A stretch of DNA of 64,000 nt from Bacteroidia bacterium (GTDB lineage Bacteria; Bacteroidota; Bacteroidia; SpSt-205). The position numbers were made by a program, and so were the translations under genes. Below, one piece after another: positions 1 to 8,967 of the stretch (positions are counted from its first letter, which is position 1; each line of letters begins with the position of its first letter). Location of the stretch: the NCBI GenBank assembly GCA_026003215.1, contig BPGV01000001.1:25570-89569 (forward strand). The letters run 5' to 3'. Below the pieces are notes generated by a model. That model was not told where the DNA came from. It did not search any database and saw nothing but the letters and a program-made list of their open reading frames with translations.

Positions 1-2
1 GG

Positions 3-320
3 GCGCGCTTCGGCCAGTGGATTTTAGACCTGTGTGAGCGGCCTAAGGATGCCACTTGGTTGGCCTATCAAGAAGAGATTGGCCTGCGCCACCACAGCAC
101 TAAGAAAAACCAAACCGATGGCGTAAATGCCGTGCCTTTCGTGCATTTCCGCTACATGGTCGCATTTATCTTCCCTATCACCTACACGATTAAACCCTTC
201 TTAGCCAAAAAAGGCCACTCTCCCGAGGAAGTGGAGAAGATGCACACGGCATGGTTCAAGGCGGTGGTGCTCACGGTCATCCTCTGGTGCCGATCGTATA
301 TTCGGGAAGGACAGTTTTGA
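3..320 (+). CDS. Protoglobin / globin-coupled-sensor-type globin domain protein, 5' end truncated by the window edge.
   Basis: The frame is open from position 3 with no stop. The translation ...DLCERPKDATWLAYQEEIGLRHHS...VPFVHFRYMVAFIFPITYTIKPFLAKKGHSPEEVEKMHTAWFKAVVLTVILWCRSYIREGQF matches the conserved C-terminal half of the protoglobin family as I recall it. Confidence 0.55.
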   Translation, partial: ARFGQWILDLCERPKDATWLAYQEEIGLRHHSTKKNQTDGVNAVPFVHFRYMVAFIFPITYTIKPFLAKKGHSPEEVEKMHTAWFKAVVLTVILWCRSYIREGQF

Positions 321-371
321 GCTATGCGCGCGCTGCTTTTGTTTCTGGGACTTCTTTTTGGGCAAAAGGCT

Positions 372-635
372 ATGAAAGTAGCAGTCTGGGATACGTACGT
401 GCAGCGAAAGGATGGCCGGATTATGCACTTTGACATTATTGTGCCGGCAGAGGTGACTGATACAGCCCAGATATTTGCGTATGGGCGGGCCTACTTAGCG
501 ACGAAGGGGGAAGCCGGCCAGCCGCTTACTGCGCGTAACTGCCGCTTCTGCCACATAGAGACGGTGCGGCCGGCCTGGGAAAAAGCTATCCGTACCCAGG
601 GCTACGCCATCCACGAGATGGAAAACTGCGACTGA
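372..635 (+). CDS. DUF2024-family small protein of 87 aa.
   Basis: MKVAVWDTYVQRKDGRIMHFDIIVPAEV... is the characteristic N-terminus of DUF2024 proteins, and the family size fits. The ORF-track start at 324 adds a non-conserved leader, so I prefer the ATG at 372. The gene lies 3 nt after the protoglobin stop, so the two are probably co-transcribed. Confidence 0.6.
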   Translation: MKVAVWDTYVQRKDGRIMHFDIIVPAEVTDTAQIFAYGRAYLATKGEAGQPLTARNCRFCHIETVRPAWEKAIRTQGYAIHEMENCD

Positions 636-637
636 AG

Positions 638-672
638 GCGCGGGCGGGACCCCCCGCCCGCGCTACCTTTGT
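638..672 (+). terminator. GC-rich hairpin between DUF2024 and hldE: an 11-bp stem (638-648 pairs with 653-663), a 4-nt loop, then taccTTTgtgg.
   Basis: The inverted repeat ggcgcgggcgg/ccgcccgcgcc is read directly from the sequence. The U-tract is weak. Confidence 0.4.
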
Positions 673-1645
673 GGTGGTGGATTTTAGCGCGCTGCGGTTT
701 CTCGTGATAGGGGATGTGATGCTGGACCGTTACCTCTATGGGAAAGTCCAGCGCATCTCCCCAGAGGCTCCCGTCCCCATCTTGGAGCTCGAAAGAGAAG
801 AAAACCGCTTGGGCGGGGCCGCTAACGTGGCCCTCAACTTACGGAGCTTAGGATGCCAGGTGAGCCTGGCCGGGGTGATTGGCACCGACTCCTTTGGCGA
901 TACACTCTTAGAGGAAGCGGGACGCATGGGCATCCATACGTATGGGATTTTGCGGGATGAGAATCGCCCCACCACCACCAAAATACGCCTGATTGCGCAC
1001 AAGCATCACCTCCTGCGGGTAGATAGAGAAAAGCGTGCCCCGCTGACTCCGCCTCAAGCCGAGACTTTCCTCCTCAAAATCAAAGCTCTCCTCCAAGACA
1101 AACCCCATGCTGTGATTATAGAAGATTACGACAAGGGAGCCCTATCGCTAGAAAGTATTCAAGCTATCATTGGCTTATCGCAGGAGAGGGGCGTTCCTGT
1201 ATTGGTGGACCCCAAAAAGGACAACTTTTGGGCCTATTCAGGGGCCACGGTGTTCAAACCCAATCTGCGTGAGCTGGGCGAAGCCTTGGGGGTTTCCCTA
1301 AGCGAAGCGCCCATCCCTGAGATAGAGGAGGCCGTACTCCTGCTGCGCTCCCGCATGCCCCACACCTACACGGTCATCACCCTCAGCGAACGCGGTCTTT
1401 TAGCCTATGGCGAAAAAGAAGGCTTCCTCCATATCCCCGCGCACTACCGCAATATTGTAGATGTGTCGGGGGCCGGTGATACGGTGGTAAGTATTCTGGC
1501 GGTGGGCATGGCGCTGGGCCTTCCGCTGGAAAAGACCACCGCCTTAGCAAACTTGGCCGGAGGGCTTGTCTGCGAGTATGTGGGGGTGGTGCCGGTGCCT
1601 AAGGACCGTTGGTTAGAACAAGCATACAGCCTGGGGCTCCTATAA
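671..1645 (+). CDS. hldE: D-glycero-beta-D-manno-heptose-7-phosphate kinase (RfaE/HldE domain I, PfkB carbohydrate kinase), starting with GTG.
   Basis: The N-terminus LVIGDVMLDRYLYGKVQRISPEAPVPIL is typical of RfaE, and the C-terminal DVSGAGDTV anion-hole motif is present. The product is 324 aa with no adenylyltransferase domain. Confidence 0.85.
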   Translation: MVVDFSALRFLVIGDVMLDRYLYGKVQRISPEAPVPILELEREENRLGGAANVALNLRSLGCQVSLAGVIGTDSFGDTLLEEAGRMGIHTYGILRDENRPTTTKIRLIAHKHHLLRVDREKRAPLTPPQAETFLLKIKALLQDKPHAVIIEDYDKGALSLESIQAIIGLSQERGVPVLVDPKKDNFWAYSGATVFKPNLRELGEALGVSLSEAPIPEIEEAVLLLRSRMPHTYTVITLSERGLLAYGEKEGFLHIPAHYRNIVDVSGAGDTVVSILAVGMALGLPLEKTTALANLAGGLVCEYVGVVPVPKDRWLEQAYSLGLL

Positions 1646-1918
1646 ACCGATTAAGCCGAGGGGGCAGCATCCCAAAACTTCCCGCTCAAGTAAGAAGTTG
1701 CTTCCCCGCACTATACCTGCGGTCGGGCTATACGCGTGGTGTATTGTACTATCCAGCATTTTGACCCACCCCGACGAGGCTGTCTAAGGAGCCTATATTA
1801 GGCATATCGGCTGGCCAAAGCCATCCTCCAAGAAAGAGAATATCGTTAGCGAGAGGCCTTAAGAGCAAGGTTGCCAGAGGAATTCCACTGACGGGTCTCT
1901 AACTCATCTGGTACTACC

Positions 1919-1946
1919 GTCTAAGTTCATACGGACTTAGAGTTTT
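1919..1946 (+). terminator. Hairpin tctaagt-tcatacgg-acttaga followed by gTTTTcccc, in plus orientation. It spans the queF stop codon.
   Basis: The 7-bp inverted repeat plus T4 run is seen directly. It could terminate a plus-strand transcript from the 1646-1926 intergenic region. The evidence is weak. Confidence 0.3.
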
Positions 1947-2373
1947 CCCCTGGTAGGAGTGCGCGTATCTCGGGCGGGAGCACGGATAGGTCTCCCCGCG
2001 CTAAATGCACCGTAGTCAAAATGCCTCCGCGGATGTTATACCGTAGCGAAAGGCGCATATACCGCGGCTGCAGTACCGCCCAGAGGTCTTCCAAGATAAG
2101 ATCCGCTACCGGCTCTTGAAAGATTGCTTCGTTTCGGTAGCTGAAAAGGTACATTTTGAGCGATTTGAGTTCTATGCAGCGGTCGGAGGGGATGTACCAA
2201 ATATCTAAGGTGCCAATGTCGGGTAGGCCCGTGCCGGGACACACGGCGCTAAACTCTTCCGTGTGCAGGTGTATGACTTGCGGCTGCTCGGTAATAAAGG
2301 TAAAAGTTTCCAGCAAGGCCCGGCGTTCGGGCTTGCGCACCTCGTCGCGGGTATCAGCTATGCGGATGGGCAT
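1927..2373 (-). CDS. queF: NADPH-dependent 7-cyano-7-deazaguanine reductase (preQ0 reductase, single-domain QueF).
   Basis: LETFTFITEQP...HLHTEEFSAVCPGTGLPD...ELKSLKMYLFSYRNEAIFQE matches QueF type I including the catalytic Cys. The gene overlaps rluB by 20 nt. Confidence 0.9.
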   Translation of the reverse strand: MPIRIADTRDEVRKPERRALLETFTFITEQPQVIHLHTEEFSAVCPGTGLPDIGTLDIWYIPSDRCIELKSLKMYLFSYRNEAIFQEPVADLILEDLWAVLQPRYMRLSLRYNIRGGILTTVHLARGDLSVLPPEIRALLPGENSKSV

Positions 2374-3326
2374 CTTGGGTCGTTTTTTGGGAGGCAGCCA
2401 ACATTTTGAGCCATCCTACTTCTTGCGGTGTGAGGAAGCGCCATTTGCCGCGCGGCACCCCCTTCCGGGTAATCGGCCCAAAGGCTATCCGGTCCAAGCT
2501 TTTGAGCTTATACCCCAGCTTTTCCATCATGCGGCGCACGATGTGCTTGCGGCCCATATGAATCGTCAGCACCAAGGTATAGGGGTCCTCTAAGTGCGCT
2601 TCATCGGCTTGGGCTACGCCATCCTCTAAGGGGATACCTCGCAAGAGCCGTTCTACCACCTCTGGGTTCATGGGTTTGATAGTGGTGGCGCGGTAGGTGC
2701 GCGGCACCTTGCTACGGGGATGTAGGAGCTTTTGCGCTAAGTCGCCGTCGTTGGTAAGCAGCAGAATACCCGTGGTATTGCGGTCCAGCCGGCCCACAGG
2801 ATACAAGCGCACTGGCGGCACCCCTTCCAAAAGGTCCATGACCGTACGGCGCCCCTGCGGGTCTCGTACCGTGCAGAGCGTGTTTTTCGGCTTATTTAGG
2901 AGGATATACACGGGTTTTTCGGGCCGAATAGGCTGTCCTTTATAGGTCACAAGGTCTTTTTGCGTATCTACATAAACCCACGGCTCTTTAACCACCTCGC
3001 CATTTACGGAAACTTGACCGTTTTTGATAACTTTCACAGCTTCTCGGCGCGACGCTATCCCGGCCAAGGCTATATACCGCACCAGTCGTATTTTTTCCGG
3101 CAGAGGGGCGGAACCTTGGGGCTTTTTTCCCTGGGCGTTCTTTCGGTGAAGTAGGCTTGGGCGGTCTGGCAGAACTTTTTTTCTCCTGTGGGGGAGCAAA
3201 TCGGTGGTACCATTTCTTTTCGCCCTCTTGCGATGCGGAGGTGGGAGGGGAGCTTGAGGACTTCTTTTTGAGGTTTCGGGCAGAAGCAGGCTTCTCGGGG
3301 CGAGGTTGGCGGCCTGGGCGTGTCAT
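2354..3326 (-). CDS. rluB: 23S rRNA pseudouridine synthase of the RluB/RsuA type (S4 domain plus PseudoU_synth_2) with a Lys/Pro-rich N-terminal extension. There is an apparent frameshift in an A6/T6 run at about 3124-3129.
   Basis: The core frame (2354-3199) has an S4 domain (IRLVRYIALAGIASRREAVKVIKNGQVSVNG) and a catalytic region (LYPVGRLDRNTTGILLLTNDG). The basic extension MTRPGRQPRPEKPASARNLKKK...KERPGKK is in another frame (3326-3130). The two frames fuse cleanly if the T6 run ggcTTTTTTccc is one base shorter. Confidence 0.75.
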
Positions 3327-3346
3327 ATAGGATAAAGATACGCGTT

Positions 3347-3952
3347 TTAGGGCAAGGGCAGGGTAGCAGCCAGTTTGTTGTCGCTCAGCAGCGCCAAGGG
3401 CTGGTTAGCAGGGTGAAGGAGGTACGTATGCAGGCCTGCTGCTTGCGCTCCGGTAATATTGGTAGGGCTATCATCTATAAATAGGGTTTCTGTTGGGGCC
3501 CACCCTAAGCGGGCTAATACGGCCTGGTAGGCTTCGGGTTCGGGCTTGCGCAGGTGGAGCCGATTGGAGAAAAACATATCGGTGAAATACACACTCCACG
3601 GCATAATCTCCGGCTCTACAATCGCCAAGTGCAGGTCGTTGGTGTTGCTGAAGAGGGCCAGGGAGAAGTGTGGGTAGAGCTTGGCGAGGAACGTTTCGGC
3701 TTCGGGCAGGGGGCCCCGCAGCATAGCACACCAAGCATCTACGAGCTCGGCTTCGGACAGATGGGGGAAGCGCCGCTGCCAGTGCGCTAAGAAAGCCTCG
3801 GTAGTGAGTAGGCCCTTTTCATACTCGGCCAAAACGGGATCTTGCAGCAGTGTCGGCAAGGTCTCGGGCGGGAGGCCCAATGCCTCCGTCGTGCGCGTGT
3901 ATTCTACCCCATACAACACCCCGCCTAAATCGAGCAAGATATGCCGTATCAT
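3347..3952 (-). CDS. HAD-superfamily hydrolase, subfamily IA.
   Basis: The HAD motif I LLDLGGVL is at the N-terminus and motif IV FIDDS follows later. The product is 201 aa. Confidence 0.75.
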   Translation of the reverse strand: MIRHILLDLGGVLYGVEYTRTTEALGLPPETLPTLLQDPVLAEYEKGLLTTEAFLAHWQRRFPHLSEAELVDAWCAMLRGPLPEAETFLAKLYPHFSLALFSNTNDLHLAIVEPEIMPWSVYFTDMFFSNRLHLRKPEPEAYQAVLARLGWAPTETLFIDDSPTNITGAQAAGLHTYLLHPANQPLALLSDNKLAATLPLP

Positions 3953-4608
3953 GCTTGTGAGGGAACTTGGGCGCGCTTACGCTCCTTCCACCACGTGCGC
4001 AGAATCGGTAAGACAGACAAAAAGATAATCCCCAGCGCTATCACCTCCACGTACCGCCGCAGCCCAGGAAAAGCGCTTCCTAATCCATACCCGGCCAGCA
4101 CCATAGAGAAAACCCACAGGATACCCCCCGTGAAGTTATATAGGATAAAAGTGCGGGGCGGAAACTGTACAGCTCCGGCTAAAATAGGCGCAAAAGTTCG
4201 TACGATTGGCACAAAACGCCCCAAGATAATCGCGCTACCCCCCCAGCGGTTATAAAAGGCCCGCGTTTGCTCTAAGTACTTGCGTTTGAAGAAGCGCGAG
4301 TCGGTTTTCTCAAAAAGTTTTTGGCCTAAGAAGCGGCCGGTCCAGTAGCCTACTTGGTCGCCTACGACGGCGGCTATGCTTAGGGCGAGAAGTACCCACG
4401 CCACGGGCACAGGTAGGATATGGAGCGCGCAAAAGAGGCCCACCGTAAAAAGTAGTGAGTCGCCGGGCAAAAAGAAGCCTACCATGAGACCCGTCTCGGC
4501 AAAAACCACCGCTGTCACCAAGGTAAGCCCACCGATTTGGATAATTTTCTCGGGGTCAATCAGCTGCCGAAAAAACGCTATCAGCTCCTCCACTGGACAA
4601 AGGTACAT
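3949..4608 (-). CDS. DedA / SNARE-associated (VTT domain) inner-membrane protein.
   Basis: Multi-TM protein with the typical DedA segments GFFLPGDSLLFTVG and ILGRFVPIVRTFAPILAG. An ATGA overlap with the upstream gene indicates translational coupling. Confidence 0.8.
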   Translation of the reverse strand: MYLCPVEELIAFFRQLIDPEKIIQIGGLTLVTAVVFAETGLMVGFFLPGDSLLFTVGLFCALHILPVPVAWVLLALSIAAVVGDQVGYWTGRFLGQKLFEKTDSRFFKRKYLEQTRAFYNRWGGSAIILGRFVPIVRTFAPILAGAVQFPPRTFILYNFTGGILWVFSMVLAGYGLGSAFPGLRRYVEVIALGIIFLSVLPILRTWWKERKRAQVPSQA

Positions 4609-4659
4609 GTAAAGCCCTCATCAGTGAAGTTTGCTAAGCTATGTTTATATTTTTGCCGT

Positions 4660-5367
4660 ATGTTCAGTCAGAAAAGATGGCTACTTGCTGGCTTAGCGGT
4701 AGGGCTGTGGGGATGTGGTCCGGTGCGGTGGCCTGTGGCTTGGGGTACAGTGCCGGTGCCCCCCTTGCCCCATACCCACGAAGAAGGCCTCCTTTTTTCA
4801 CGGCGGAGGGCGCGTAGGCCTGCCTACCCAAGATAAGGACTCCGACATGGAGAAGCGCTTCCTGGCGGGCGGACATATAGGCCTTTTAGGACAGTGGAAA
4901 TTTTTCCGATGGACCTGACCGCCTCAGGAAGCTATGCTCGTTATACTTATGCCGATTGGGTACAAGGGGGAGGTGTACATACCGCTACGGCTTTTCACCT
5001 CCAAGGGAACTTTGCCCTGGCGCCTAAGATAGGGGAGCACCTCCGCCTCGAGTCGGGACTCGGTATCGGCATCGGCAACGAAACCTGGCGAAAAGACACA
5101 CTCCTCTCCATCCCAGGCGAGATAGGAAAGACGGGTAAGCCAATGGGCATTCCTACCTTTTCGGCTTTTCTGGGGCTCAGTGGAACTCTCGCTAATGGCA
5201 AGACCAGCCTCGGCTGGCGCTGGCATTTTGCGGGATTAGGCACAGGGATGACCTTCGCCGTGCGGCATGGGCCAGTGGAGGCCTTCATGGCTACCCAGGG
5301 GCTCCCCTCGCTGTCCGGCGTCCCTAACGGAACCGCCGGCCTTATGGTGCTCTTGCCAATAAGATAA
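4660..5367 (+). CDS. Putative lipoprotein or small outer-membrane protein whose reading frame is broken in the current sequence.
   Basis: A lipoprotein signal peptide MFSQKRWLLAGLAVGLWGCG begins at 4660 in frame 1. A Gly-rich beta-strand-like domain (4894-5367, ...SGLGIGIGNETW...GWRWHFAGLG...) is in frame 1 again. A frame-2 stretch lies between them. A contiguous 235-aa protein is obtained if the C6 run at 4759-4764 loses one base and the T5 run at 4901-4905 gains one. This is low confidence. Confidence 0.3.
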
Positions 5368-5390
5368 AAAATTGTTGTTCCTTTGCCTAA

Positions 5391-5771
5391 ATGCGTTACC
5401 CTACTTATTGGGCTATTCTCTCTCTGCTGGGTAACGCGGTATGGGCGCAGACGGCTGTACAGTTGGAAGAGCCGCGGCAGTCCTGGGTTTTTCATGTAGA
5501 GGGTACGGAACGGGTGCCTTTCCAGGAGGTAGCCCACACGCTCTCTCAGGCTTTTCCTACTTTGGAGCGGGTGCTCCCCTGCGAAAAAGGGCACTATCTC
5601 GTCCTTATACCCCGCGAGGTACTTCCGCCCAAGGAGTATGAAACCTTCCGGCAAGCGGTAGAAGAGACGCTCACGCAGCACGGCTGGCGCCCCTATTTTA
5701 AAGAGGGGGCCTCCGTGGTAGAGCTGGCCTACACCTGTGAAGAGCTCATCAAACCCCTGCTCAAACCCTGA
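5391..5771 (+). CDS. Hypothetical secreted protein of 126 aa.
   Basis: Signal peptide MRYPTYWAILSLLGNAVWAQ. No family was recognised. Confidence 0.55.
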   Translation: MRYPTYWAILSLLGNAVWAQTAVQLEEPRQSWVFHVEGTERVPFQEVAHTLSQAFPTLERVLPCEKGHYLVLIPREVLPPKEYETFRQAVEETLTQHGWRPYFKEGASVVELAYTCEELIKPLLKP

Positions 5772-5776
5772 GGCCT

Positions 5777-7507
5777 ATGCGATACATAGCCTGGCTGATG
5801 GTATCGGGCTTGCTCTTGTGGGCGCAGCCGCCTAACGATAACCCCTGTGGGGCCATTACGCTCACGCCCAGTGCAGGCTGTACCTACGTAAATGGCAACC
5901 TTAATGGAGCTACCGCTACCCCAGGGATTCCCGCGCCTGGCTGTGCCAACTATCAAGGGGGAGATGTATGGTACGCTTTTCCTGTGCCTGTGGGGGGGCG
6001 GGTCATTATCCAGGTGAGTAGCAGCTATGATTTGGGGATGGCTATTTACACGGCTGCAACCTGTACGGGGCCCTTCACCCTCACCGAGTGCGACGATGAC
6101 GATGGCCCTGGCCTCAATCCCACCATCTGTCGCACTGGGGGTAGTAATACTGGTTGTACCGGCATCGATCCAGGGGTCGCCTGTACCTATAATGCAGCCC
6201 TAACGGCCGGCACCACCATATGGATCCGAATATGGCGATATAATAATGGTACGCCTGGCAATACGCCCTTCCAGATATGCGTGATAGATTGTGGGAGTGG
6301 GGGTGGTGGTGGCGGCAGTGGGTGTAATGCAGCAAACTATACCGCCTATTCCTGTCCCTGTCCTACGCCGGGTGGCGGGAGCTGGTGTGGTGGAGGCTGT
6401 ACCTCTGCGGGTATTACCACAGATGATGTATATGCGCCTGCATGGACTTCTCTCCCCTTCTCTTTTTACTTTGCCGGAAATACCTATAACCAAATCCTTA
6501 TCGGCGCAAATGGGCATGTAGTCTTCCCGCCCTCGGGAAAGACCGCCGGAGGTTACGATGGCTACAGCTGGGGCGGGTACACAAGCGATCTATACTCTAT
6601 CCAGTTTCAGTTGGATATAAATCCGGCCTTAGGCGGAACTATTTGTTATCGGACTATAGGCAGCGCTCCTAACCGCTGCTTGGTTGTGCAGTATTGTAAT
6701 GTGCCTTATTTTGGGAGTGCTTGTACGGGCTTGACTTTTACGGGTGAGCTGCGCCTGTGTGAGAATGGAAGCATTCAGATAAATATCGCCAACATGCCTG
6801 TATGTACCGGATGGAATGGCGGGGGCTGCTTTGTAGGAATTGTAGGAGGGTCAGGGGATATGTGGGCTATCCATAATGCCCAGCCTTGTCCAGCGCTGAC
6901 CAATACCTGTTATGCTTTTACGCCACCGCTGAGTTGTCAGGTATCTACGCCGCCGCTGGGGTGCCTGCCCCTGGCCGCGGTCATAGAGCGTTTTGAGGGG
7001 AGCCTCCGTCCCGAAGGGGTTCGCATAGAGTGGGATGTAGCTGAGGAGGAGGATATCCTCCGCTATCGCATAGAGCGCAGTGGAGACCTTCAGCGCTGGG
7101 AAAGCATAGGGGAGCTCCCTCCGCAAGGGAGCGGAAGCCACTACTTCCTCGTGGATGATGCCTATCCCCGGCAGTATAGCTCACTGTATTATCGCCTTAT
7201 TGTAGTAGAGCAGGTGGGCGGCGAGAAGGCATACGGCCCCATAGAAGTGGTTTTGACTGAAAAGCGGCCTATTCGGCCGGAGCGGTTTGAGCTGCGGGCT
7301 GGGGAGGCCCTACGGTTGCGCTTAGGTACGGGCGAGGAAGTGCGGGCGACCGTGTATGATGCCAGTGGTCGCCGCACATTTGAAGGGTACTTTTCTGGAC
7401 CCGGGGAGGCGGAGATACCCGCTGTGTTTTTCAGTCGGGGTTTTAACATCCTCCTGCTGGAGGTGATGGGGGGCGAGACGGCGGCTTATCGTATCCTGCA
7501 CTACTGA
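5777..7507 (+). CDS. Cysteine-rich secreted protein of 576 aa with a poly-Gly linker.
   Basis: Signal peptide MRYIAWLMVSGLLLWAQ. The N-terminal roughly 350 aa contains more than 30 Cys, separated by a CGSGGGGGGSGC linker. The C-terminal roughly 120 aa (RPERFELRAGEALRLRLG...AYRILHY) looks like a beta-sandwich sorting or adhesion domain. Confidence 0.65.
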   Translation: MRYIAWLMVSGLLLWAQPPNDNPCGAITLTPSAGCTYVNGNLNGATATPGIPAPGCANYQGGDVWYAFPVPVGGRVIIQVSSSYDLGMAIYTAATCTGPFTLTECDDDDGPGLNPTICRTGGSNTGCTGIDPGVACTYNAALTAGTTIWIRIWRYNNGTPGNTPFQICVIDCGSGGGGGGSGCNAANYTAYSCPCPTPGGGSWCGGGCTSAGITTDDVYAPAWTSLPFSFYFAGNTYNQILIGANGHVVFPPSGKTAGGYDGYSWGGYTSDLYSIQFQLDINPALGGTICYRTIGSAPNRCLVVQYCNVPYFGSACTGLTFTGELRLCENGSIQINIANMPVCTGWNGGGCFVGIVGGSGDMWAIHNAQPCPALTNTCYAFTPPLSCQVSTPPLGCLPLAAVIERFEGSLRPEGVRIEWDVAEEEDILRYRIERSGDLQRWESIGELPPQGSGSHYFLVDDAYPRQYSSLYYRLIVVEQVGGEKAYGPIEVVLTEKRPIRPERFELRAGEALRLRLGTGEEVRATVYDASGRRTFEGYFSGPGEAEIPAVFFSRGFNILLLEVMGGETAAYRILHY

Positions 7508-7525
7508 GCCTTCGCTTTTAGGTGC

Positions 7526-7565
7526 GGCGGGGGGATAGCTTCCCCCCGCCACTTTTATGTAGTTT
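7526..7565 (+). terminator. Intrinsic terminator: 10-bp stem ggcgggggga/tccccccgcc, 5-nt loop, then acTTTTatgtagTTTT.
   Basis: Perfect inverted repeat plus U-tract, 19 nt after the stop of the 5777-7507 gene. Confidence 0.6.
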
Positions 7566-7571
7566 TGGGGG

Positions 7572-8945
7572 ATGGCATCGCTTTTTGTATGGCTACGCCG
7601 GCTGCGTGCTGTTGTAGAGCGCTTCCGCATACACCCCGAAATGGATAGCCCAGAGCGTATCCTGGAGGCTATCAGCCGCGATGTGACCTTCCGTGGGATA
7701 AACCTTTGGGTGCTCATCACTGCCACCTTGGTCGCTTCCGTCGGCCTGAATGTCAACTCCACCGCTGTCATCATCGGCGCAATGCTCATCTCGCCTTTGA
7801 TGGGCCCTATCATCGGCGTGGGCGTGAGCTTGGCTATTTATGATATTGCGCTCTTCCGCAAATCTCTGCGTAACCTCGTCGTGGCGGTATTTTTCAGCTT
7901 GGTGGCTAGTTCATTGTACTTCCTCCTCACCCCCCTCAAAGAAGCGGGTAGCGAACTTATCGCGCGTACCAAGCCTACCTTTTGGGACGTACTTATCGCC
8001 TTCTTTGGTGGGCTGTCAGGGGTGATCGCCGCGTTAGGCCGAGAAAAAAAAACCAACATAATCGCAGGCGTAGCGATTGCTACGGCGCTTATGCCGCCGC
8101 TTTGCACGGCGGGATATGGGGTAGGTACCGGCCAGTGGAGTTTTTTCATAGGGGCTTTTTACCTTTTCCTCATAAATGCGGTCTTTATTAGCGCCTCAGC
8201 TTATCTGACTTTTCAAGTCATACGTTTCCCTAACCGAGAGTTTGTAGATAAGTCCTACCAGCAGCGGATTCGGCGGCTTTTGGCGGTAGTAGGCCTTCTT
8301 ACCCTTTTGCCCAGTGTGTATATCGCCTATACCGTCGTGCAAGAAGCCATCCAAGAAGCCCGTGTGCGGCAGTTTGTGGAAAAAGCTTTTGAGGTCTTTC
8401 CCCTCACCAGCGTAGTAGAATACAAAAAAATAAGTGAGGGCGATACCGTACGGCTTCGAGTGGTCTTGGTAGGAGAACCTTTGGCTGAAAAGGATATTCA
8501 ATATCTTGCCCATGAGCTACATACTTCTTATCGCCTCCCGAAGTATCGCCTGGAAGTGGTGCAAGGAATCCTACCCGAAAAGCCTGAGCCTTCTCACCTC
8601 TTAGAGCTTGCCGAACGGAGTCACCAACAGGTGCGCACGCTCAGTGATAGTGTGTATAAACTCCAGCGGGCCTTAGAAGCTTGTCGTAAAGAAAAGGAAA
8701 CGCAAACTCAAGAACTGCTTCAAATAGCTCGAGAGGCACGCAGCCTTTTTCCTGAAATCCAGCGTTTAGGCTTCCAAAAAATGAGACTTTCGGACGGTAA
8801 GTCTTATAGCGGCGATACCGTATATGCGGTGTGGGTTGAAGTACCTTCTAAGAGAAAGTTTGCCGAGGGGGAGCGACTCCAAAAATGGCTCAGCGAGCGG
8901 CTCGGTGGAAAAAAAGTACAAGTATTCCTCCAGCCTACGCGATAA
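7572..8945 (+). CDS. DUF389-family (TIGR00341-like) integral membrane protein.
   Basis: Multi-TM N-terminal half with the conserved LISPLMGPIIG and ALMPPLCTAGYG segments of DUF389, followed by a coiled-coil-like soluble C-terminal half. Confidence 0.65.
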   Translation: MASLFVWLRRLRAVVERFRIHPEMDSPERILEAISRDVTFRGINLWVLITATLVASVGLNVNSTAVIIGAMLISPLMGPIIGVGVSLAIYDIALFRKSLRNLVVAVFFSLVASSLYFLLTPLKEAGSELIARTKPTFWDVLIAFFGGLSGVIAALGREKKTNIIAGVAIATALMPPLCTAGYGVGTGQWSFFIGAFYLFLINAVFISASAYLTFQVIRFPNREFVDKSYQQRIRRLLAVVGLLTLLPSVYIAYTVVQEAIQEARVRQFVEKAFEVFPLTSVVEYKKISEGDTVRLRVVLVGEPLAEKDIQYLAHELHTSYRLPKYRLEVVQGILPEKPEPSHLLELAERSHQQVRTLSDSVYKLQRALEACRKEKETQTQELLQIAREARSLFPEIQRLGFQKMRLSDGKSYSGDTVYAVWVEVPSKRKFAEGERLQKWLSERLGGKKVQVFLQPTR

Positions 8946-8967
8946 AGTCGTACCTTTGCAGCCCAAG

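Noticed and set aside
182-436. Two minus-strand ORFs of 84 and 75 aa at the window start
   Set aside because: They are antisense to the protoglobin and DUF2024 genes and have no protein-like features.
4995-5681. 228-aa minus-strand ORF
   Set aside because: It overlaps the signal-peptide-bearing plus-strand gene at 5391-5771 and the 4894-5367 ORF. It has an Arg/Pro-rich composition and is treated as spurious.
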